11,686 bases of DNA, from NCBI GenBank assembly GCA_051003195.1, contig JBPCLP010000012.1, forward strand, positions 1-11,686, written 5' to 3'. Made by a program: the position numbers and the translations under genes. The DNA is from Candidatus Sumerlaeaceae bacterium (GTDB lineage Bacteria; Sumerlaeota; Sumerlaeia; Sumerlaeales; Sumerlaeaceae). The notes beneath the pieces were generated by a model. It worked only from the letters and a program-made list of their open reading frames with translations, was not told where the DNA came from and made no database searches. Below, piece after piece: positions 7,289 to 11,686 of this stretch (its first letter is position 1; each line of letters begins with the position of its first letter).

Positions 7289-8830
7289 TCATTCGATCGT
7301 AAACCCGTCCCCCGTGTTCGACAACTTCCTCCGCAGGAAAACAGTGTCCAGGATGCACGGTCGTTCTCCCACTCGATCTACCTGCAGTGCCAGCGTCGCA
7401 CTCGTACCCACCGTGAAATGATACTGCGTGTAGGAAATCCCGAGCCGCGCGTTCACCCACGTGTTCAGCAAAACGTGATGCGGTGCCCGTGCAGTATCCT
7501 CCTGGATTGCCAGTTGCAGTCTCGCCTCGCCGGTTTGCTCGGGCGACGTCGTGGTGCCGTCACCCGCGTACAGCTCGAACGAATAGCTTCCGGCCGTCAC
7601 GGACGCAATCCGCAGCGAAACGCCGCTGCTCGTCACCACCACCTGCTTGTAACTCGGGTACTGCGCATCTTTGGTGATTCCATACCGCGACTCCACCCGC
7701 ATGCCCTCGACGCCTTCCGCTACACGTTTCCATAGTTCGATCTGCCGTGGCTGCGGCAATACAGGGGCAAGCACTTTATCGGGAAACCAGCGGCATATCA
7801 CGCGCTCGTACACATAGTCCGTAATCAGTTGCGCGCCCCATCGGTTCAGGTGCTCGATGTCCTCATAATACGTATTGTCGAGGTTCAGCTCGCGCGCCAT
7901 CGGCAGCACGTCGACTCCTTTGAACTTCAGCCAATCCAGCGCACGCGTGAAAGTGGTATAATCTTCCTTTGGCCGGAAAAACTGCGTGTGCGCATAATCT
8001 GACGTGGGTATTTCCACCACTGTGAATTGCACGCCATGCTTTTTGCAGAACTTCGCCAGCTTTAACAGTTCTCCAAACTCGCCGTTTTCGGGAAGCCAGT
8101 AATCCGCGTACGTGTTGTAAATCTCCATCCCGGGGAAATACGTCCACGCCAGTTCTTGCGGACCGTACAGCAGCCGCCGCGGTGTCGGTATATAGACGCC
8201 GTTCCCGATCGTTTTCTCCGGCTTGATGAATGGGATCTCGCCATTTTGCAGGGTAGCCCGAACGTGGTGCCTCGCGCCGAACAGGGCGCTGACGTCCTCC
8301 AGCTTTACGCGCAACTTCTGCATCGGTCCTTGCGCGGCCAGGCGGCGTACCGCGGAGAACTGCCAGAAATCCCCCGTGCGCGGATGATCGGGGTTCATCC
8401 CGCGGCGCCCGCTGCTTACGTCCGGCGGCGACACCCCGTAGATCACGTGCTTTGGGTGATATTTCGGCCAGAAATATTTCTCGAACATGAAGCGCTGCCG
8501 CTCCGGCCGCTGGTCGGGGAATCCGAAATTGTAGCACGATATCTCACGCGCACACGCCTCTTCCCATTGCCGCACATCCATCGGCCGGCCCACGCTGGTC
8601 GACAGCGTCAGTACATCCACGCGCCCTCGCCACGCCTTTACTTTTTCGATCCCCTCGATTTTATCGCGCAGGTTCGGGCTGCCCCAGCCGCCATAGTAAT
8701 CGAACGGCTGCCATCGGCGGAAACCGAAATCGAGCGCCAGCAGCCCAAGCGCGACCACCACGATCGTGGGCAGGAGACGCTTAATGCGGATGTCCAGTGT
8801 GCCCCATTCAAAGGGCGAGCGTTTACTCAT
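7289..8830 (-). CDS. Membrane-anchored SGNH-like protein (DUF1574/AlgJ/AlgX/DltD-like) with a C-terminal beta-sandwich domain
   Basis: N-terminal TM helix (LLPTIVVVALGLLALDFGF), block I-like VDVLTLSTSVG, CYNFGFP, PKHVIYGVSP, FTVVEIP and catalytic D-x-x-H in YYEDIEHLNRWGA. The last ~140 aa are beta-rich (GSYSFELYA...LALQV...ILDTVFL). Confidence 0.65.
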   Translation of the reverse strand: MSKRSPFEWGTLDIRIKRLLPTIVVVALGLLALDFGFRRWQPFDYYGGWGSPNLRDKIEGIEKVKAWRGRVDVLTLSTSVGRPMDVRQWEEACAREISCYNFGFPDQRPERQRFMFEKYFWPKYHPKHVIYGVSPPDVSSGRRGMNPDHPRTGDFWQFSAVRRLAAQGPMQKLRVKLEDVSALFGARHHVRATLQNGEIPFIKPEKTIGNGVYIPTPRRLLYGPQELAWTYFPGMEIYNTYADYWLPENGEFGELLKLAKFCKKHGVQFTVVEIPTSDYAHTQFFRPKEDYTTFTRALDWLKFKGVDVLPMARELNLDNTYYEDIEHLNRWGAQLITDYVYERVICRWFPDKVLAPVLPQPRQIELWKRVAEGVEGMRVESRYGITKDAQYPSYKQVVVTSSGVSLRIASVTAGSYSFELYAGDGTTTSPEQTGEARLQLAIQEDTARAPHHVLLNTWVNARLGISYTQYHFTVGTSATLALQVDRVGERPCILDTVFLRRKLSNTGDGFTIE

Positions 8831-8925
8831 CAGTCACGGAAGGCATGCAAAGTTAAGACGGCGGACATCGCCGTTCGTTGACGCCGTTGTAAATGGAATT
8901 AGCAGCTGCGGGGCTGTTGAAAAAC

Positions 8926-9014
8926 CGACACCGAACGTGTCGAACATGAATAGCCGCAGGTGCAACCTGCGGATCTTGAACGTAATAGCCCCACGACCCT
9001 GAAGGGGGTCGAAC
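8926..9014. repeat. REP-like triple hairpin module (A-B-A')
   Basis: CGACAC-CGAAC-GTGTCG-AAC (8926-8945), CCGCAGGT-GCA-ACCTGCGG (8954-8972) and CGACCC-TGAAGG-GGGTCG-AAC (8994-9014). Confidence 0.7.
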
Positions 9015-9018
9015 AAAG

Positions 9019-9118
9019 CTAGTGTGCCGTCCCAGAAGTTCATACTTATACTTCAGGAAGCTTTCGAGCCCGGACGGCACACAAAACCAGTGAACGAATT
9101 AATGGGACACCACACTAG
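9019..9118. mobile_element. ~100-bp CTAG-bounded element (copy 1) nested in the 228-bp MITE; IS630-like ends
   Basis: Left end CTAGTGTGCCGTCCCAGAAGTTC versus reverse complement of the right end CTAGTGTGGTGTCCCATTAATTC (18/23 identical). Internal perfect 11-bp inverted repeat GTGTGCCGTCC (9022-9032) / GGACGGCACAC (9072-9082). Confidence 0.65.
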
Positions 9119-9195
9119 AGGGTTTTTCAACAGCCCCAGCGCTGCCGTTTTGTCTTCTTGCGCTGGATCAAACGGATGGTAGTGCAGCCCATGAT

Positions 9196-11142
9196 GTGCT
9201 TCGCGAAAAGCCACGCCACCTGATGCCAGCCGCGCTGATGGAAAACTTGTGCGCCCCTCGCTGGCGGCGATGGTACCTGTTCGCATTTTTTCTTTTCGTA
9301 TTCACCTCGGTCCGCAACATCGGGTACTTCGACACCACCGACGCGCACAGCCGGTTCGAAACCATGCGCGCACTGATGCAGCGCGGCAGTGTGTTTTACA
9401 CCACCTGGTGGGAAAAGAACCCCGTCGCCACCGGAAACTCGATTGGTCCCTGCCTCGCCGCGCTTCCCTTTTACCAGGCCGCCGAAGCCATTTACAAACT
9501 TGGCTATCAGCCCTGTCCTCTACACCAGTGGCTCGTTAAAGCCACGCTGTTTTCGACCGTCGTTTACAGTTCGCTCTGGATGGTCGCCATCTTCGAACTC
9601 GCCCTGCTGTTCGGTGCGACCGCACGCCATGGCATCGGCCTCACTCTTCTCTGCGGCCTGACGACCCTCATCCTGCCGTACACCAAGACCTTCCAGGCCG
9701 AAAACCTCGTCGGGCTTTGCATCACACTCATCGTGATCTGCACCACCATTTACAGGCGCACCGCGCAGGGCAGCTATCTTGCCCGCGCCGCGTTCCTGTT
9801 CGGATACGTGATCACCATAAAATCGGAATTGCTCGTCGCCCTGCCGCTGATTGGACTGTCCTGCCTGTTCGGCGCCGGCGTCAATAACACTCCTCCGCTG
9901 CGCCGGGTTCTGCGCCCTGCCATATGGCTTGTGTTCGGCCTGCTGCCCGGCCTTGCCATCAATGCCTGGTTCAACCATGCCCGTTTCGGCACCCCGTTCG
10001 AGTCCGGCTATCAGGGCTTCGTGCATTTCAAACACCGGCTCGTGCCGGGACTGATGCTTCAGTTTATCAGCGTCGGTAAGGGACTCTTGCTCTACTGCCC
10101 GATTCTCCTGTTCACACTTCCGTGGCTGCCGCTGCTGTTGCGCCGATGGAAGGGCGATCTCTTCCTGCCGTACGCATGGTGGGCGGTGTTGTCCCTCGTC
10201 TATTCAAAATGGTACGCGCCCACCGGCGACGTCTCCCTTGGCCCCCGTTTCCAGGTTTCGTACCTGCCCTTTGCCCTGCTTCCGATACTCGAGTTCTTCC
10301 GGTATAAGGGTTCCACGAGGCGAACGTTCATCACTTTCCTCGGCGTAACCATCGCACTCAGCGTCGCCATGCAGGTGCTGTTCATTTCGACCTCGTTCAA
10401 CGATTACTACCACAACCGGACACTCGCCGTGCCCGAGTCCGAGCGCTATACGATGATCGACCAGCTGCACTGGAATGCGCCGGATTCCCTGCTCGCCGGC
10501 GACTTCAGAACCCTGCGCAAGGGCCGGCTCGATCTCGACTTCGTTCGCTGCCTGCCATCGGAGGGCCAGCTGATGGTCTTTCCCGCTCTCTGGTATCTGC
10601 TCGCGGCCGCCGCGGCTTTTGGCGCGCTCGTGTGGCACACCGTTCGGCACAATAGCTGCGCCACTGGACGCAAATTCGTAGCGCCGTTTTCGCCCGCTTT
10701 TCTCCTGCTTGGATGCGGACTTTTCCAGCTCGGCTCCACGCACGGCAAAGGCTTGCGTGTCACCTACGAGTCACCCGGTTTTTCACGCAACCAGACGTGG
10801 GCCTATCGTATCGACCTCGACTTTCTCAACGACGCGCGCCGGGAGGTACTGTTCGGTTCCGTCAACCACGTCACCTGGGAAGGCGAGTTCCTCGCGCAGA
10901 CCGCGGGCGACTATGAGTTCCAGTACGCGCTGCCCGGCAGGCCGACGCTCCACATGGGCCAGAAAATGGTCCGCCTGCTCCCCGGACGCGAATCCGTCGT
11001 GCGCCTGACTCTGAGCGAGGGGTGGCACCGCTTCCGAATCGTGTGCGCCAACGCCGGCGTATACGAGAAAGCGAAGTTCCGGGTCAGGCTGCGTGGGGAA
11101 ACTAAGTTTCGGCATCTCCACTCAAAGATGCTTCGCCACTGA
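9196..11142 (+). CDS. GT-C fold membrane glycosyltransferase-like protein with a C-terminal PA14-like domain
   Basis: Many TM segments, first-loop acidic motif DTTDAHSRF, PYTKTFQAE, NHARFGTPFESGY, SVGKGLLLYCP and GDVSLGPRFQ. The C-terminus GLRVTY...IDLDF...VTWEGEFLAQTAGDYEF...LTLSEGWHRFRI fits PA14. Start uncertain (GTG 9196, ATG 9223 or ATG 9238). Confidence 0.75.
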   Translation: MLREKPRHLMPAALMENLCAPRWRRWYLFAFFLFVFTSVRNIGYFDTTDAHSRFETMRALMQRGSVFYTTWWEKNPVATGNSIGPCLAALPFYQAAEAIYKLGYQPCPLHQWLVKATLFSTVVYSSLWMVAIFELALLFGATARHGIGLTLLCGLTTLILPYTKTFQAENLVGLCITLIVICTTIYRRTAQGSYLARAAFLFGYVITIKSELLVALPLIGLSCLFGAGVNNTPPLRRVLRPAIWLVFGLLPGLAINAWFNHARFGTPFESGYQGFVHFKHRLVPGLMLQFISVGKGLLLYCPILLFTLPWLPLLLRRWKGDLFLPYAWWAVLSLVYSKWYAPTGDVSLGPRFQVSYLPFALLPILEFFRYKGSTRRTFITFLGVTIALSVAMQVLFISTSFNDYYHNRTLAVPESERYTMIDQLHWNAPDSLLAGDFRTLRKGRLDLDFVRCLPSEGQLMVFPALWYLLAAAAAFGALVWHTVRHNSCATGRKFVAPFSPAFLLLGCGLFQLGSTHGKGLRVTYESPGFSRNQTWAYRIDLDFLNDARREVLFGSVNHVTWEGEFLAQTAGDYEFQYALPGRPTLHMGQKMVRLLPGRESVVRLTLSEGWHRFRIVCANAGVYEKAKFRVRLRGETKFRHLHSKMLRH

Positions 11143-11145
11143 TTC

Positions 11146-11246
11146 CCAGTGTGCCGAATCCGAAGTTCCTACCGAGTTTTGAACGCGGAAGTTGAGCTCA
11201 GTTCGGCACACAGAACCGAATACGAATTAATGGTAGACCGCCATAG
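11146..11246. repeat. Diverged second copy of the ~100-bp element, same orientation as 9019-9118
   Basis: Shares collinear blocks with copy 1: AGTGTGCCG, GAAGTTC-x-TAC, GGAAG, GAGC-x-C, CGGCACACA-x-AACC, ACGAATTAATGG and terminal TAG. Internal perfect 10-bp inverted repeat GTGTGCCGAA (11149-11158) / TTCGGCACAC (11202-11211). Confidence 0.75.
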
Positions 11247-11686
11247 TGTGCCGGCCTTGAGATTCGCCGCATAATTCAGTTCAGGTTTTTTGCACCGAAG
11301 GTGCAGCGGGACAAAGCCCAGGGTCAGGATTCCGGCTTTTTGGAATCCGCAGCCCGCATAATTCAGTTCAGGTTTTTTGCACCGAAGGTGCAGCGCAACA
11401 AAGCCCAGGGTCAGGATTCCGGCTTTTTGGAATCCGCAGCCGCATAATTCAGTTCAGTTTTTTTGCACCGAAGGTGCAGCGGAACCCAGCCCAGGATCAG
11501 CATTCCGGCTTTTTGGAATCCGCAGCCTTCAGGTTTTTTGCACCGAAGGTGCAGCGGAACCCAGCCCGCACAATTCAGTTCAGGTTTTTTGCACCGAAGG
11601 TGCAGCGGGACACAGCCCTGTGTCACAGCACCCCAAGTTTCGCGCCCGGAAGGGGTGCCGCAAACTGAAAATATGCGGCACAATTC
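11244..11686. mobile_element. Probable third MITE-like element (TAGTGTGCCG left end) enclosing the hairpin array; right end cut by the window edge
   Basis: Begins TAGTGTGCCGGCCTTGAGATTCGCCGCATAATTCAGTT. Near the window end, AACTGAAAATATGCGGC (11663-11679) is an imperfect reverse complement of GCCGCATAATTCAGTT. Confidence 0.5.
11267..11620. repeat. Tandem array of five REP-like units (three of ~86-87 bp, then two shortened/divergent)
   Basis: Units start near 11267, 11354, 11440, 11528 and 11566. Invariant hairpin TGCACC-GAA-GGTGCA at 11291, 11378, 11464, 11539 and 11590. Second hairpin GGATTCC-GGCTTTTT-GGAATCC at 11327, 11414 and (one mismatch) 11500. Confidence 0.92.

Larger units (their letters stand above)
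8910..9137. mobile_element. 228-bp MITE-like non-autonomous element with perfect 17-bp terminal inverted repeats
   Basis: GGGGCTGTTGAAAAACC (8910-8926) and its exact reverse complement GGTTTTTCAACAGCCCC (9121-9137), with no transposase inside. The ends resemble, from memory, IS5/IS1182-type termini. No clean target-site duplication (flanks AGCAGCTGC / AGCGCTGC). Confidence 0.75.

Noticed and set aside
4500..8881. Alternative-frame or antisense ORFs such as 4500-5411, 6170-6847, 7091-7735, 7863-8537 and 8156-8881
   Set aside because: They overlap motif-supported genes and have Arg/Ala/Pro-rich off-frame composition with no family signatures.
8766..9286. Short ORFs across the divergent intergenic region
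   Set aside because: They run through MITE ends and hairpins, with no recognisable motif or RBS and no transposase remnant that I can recognise.
9019..11246. Classical integron attC sites flanking a gene cassette
   Set aside because: The elements lack RYYYAAC...GTTRRRY ends and no intI is present; only the looser analogy is kept as a finding.
11285..11305. Rho-independent terminator (hairpin plus T-run)
   Set aside because: The T-run precedes the hairpin on the + strand and reads as an A-run after it on the - strand, so neither strand has hairpin followed by a U-tract.
11267..11620. CRISPR array
   Set aside because: The sequences between the conserved hairpins are near-identical copies rather than unique spacers, spacing is irregular (87/86/75/51), and no cas genes are in the window.
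11411..11683. Small ORFs 11411-11683 (-) and 11474-11668 (+) with repeated peptides
   Set aside because: They are translations of the DNA repeat; unit lengths of 86 and 87 bp do not consistently keep frame.

Overview
GC-rich bacterial genomic window dominated by cell-envelope glycosylation genes. On the minus strand, a translationally coupled LPS-core-type operon runs GT2 -> heptosyltransferase II (WaaF-like) -> GT4 and off the window start. The window also holds two polytopic GT-C-type membrane glycosyltransferases (one fused to a degenerate PA14-like domain), a CPBP/CAAX intramembrane protease, an SGNH-like membrane-anchored protein and a GNAT acetyltransferase. An RtcB RNA ligase follows a sigma54-type -24/-12 motif; its probable N-terminal domain is a separate 69-aa ORF, out of frame by +1 at an AAAAAA-TGA-G-ATG junction. 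The non-coding parts are the most unusual. A 228-bp MITE-like element with perfect 17-bp terminal inverted repeats (8910-9137) contains REP-like hairpins and a nested ~100-bp CTAG-bounded element. A diverged second copy of that ~100-bp element (11146-11246) keeps the same stem through compensatory changes, so the two copies bracket the GT-C/PA14 gene as direct repeats. A third related end opens a tandem array of five GAA-loop hairpin units that runs to the window end. All calls come from reading motifs by eye; no database searches were run.
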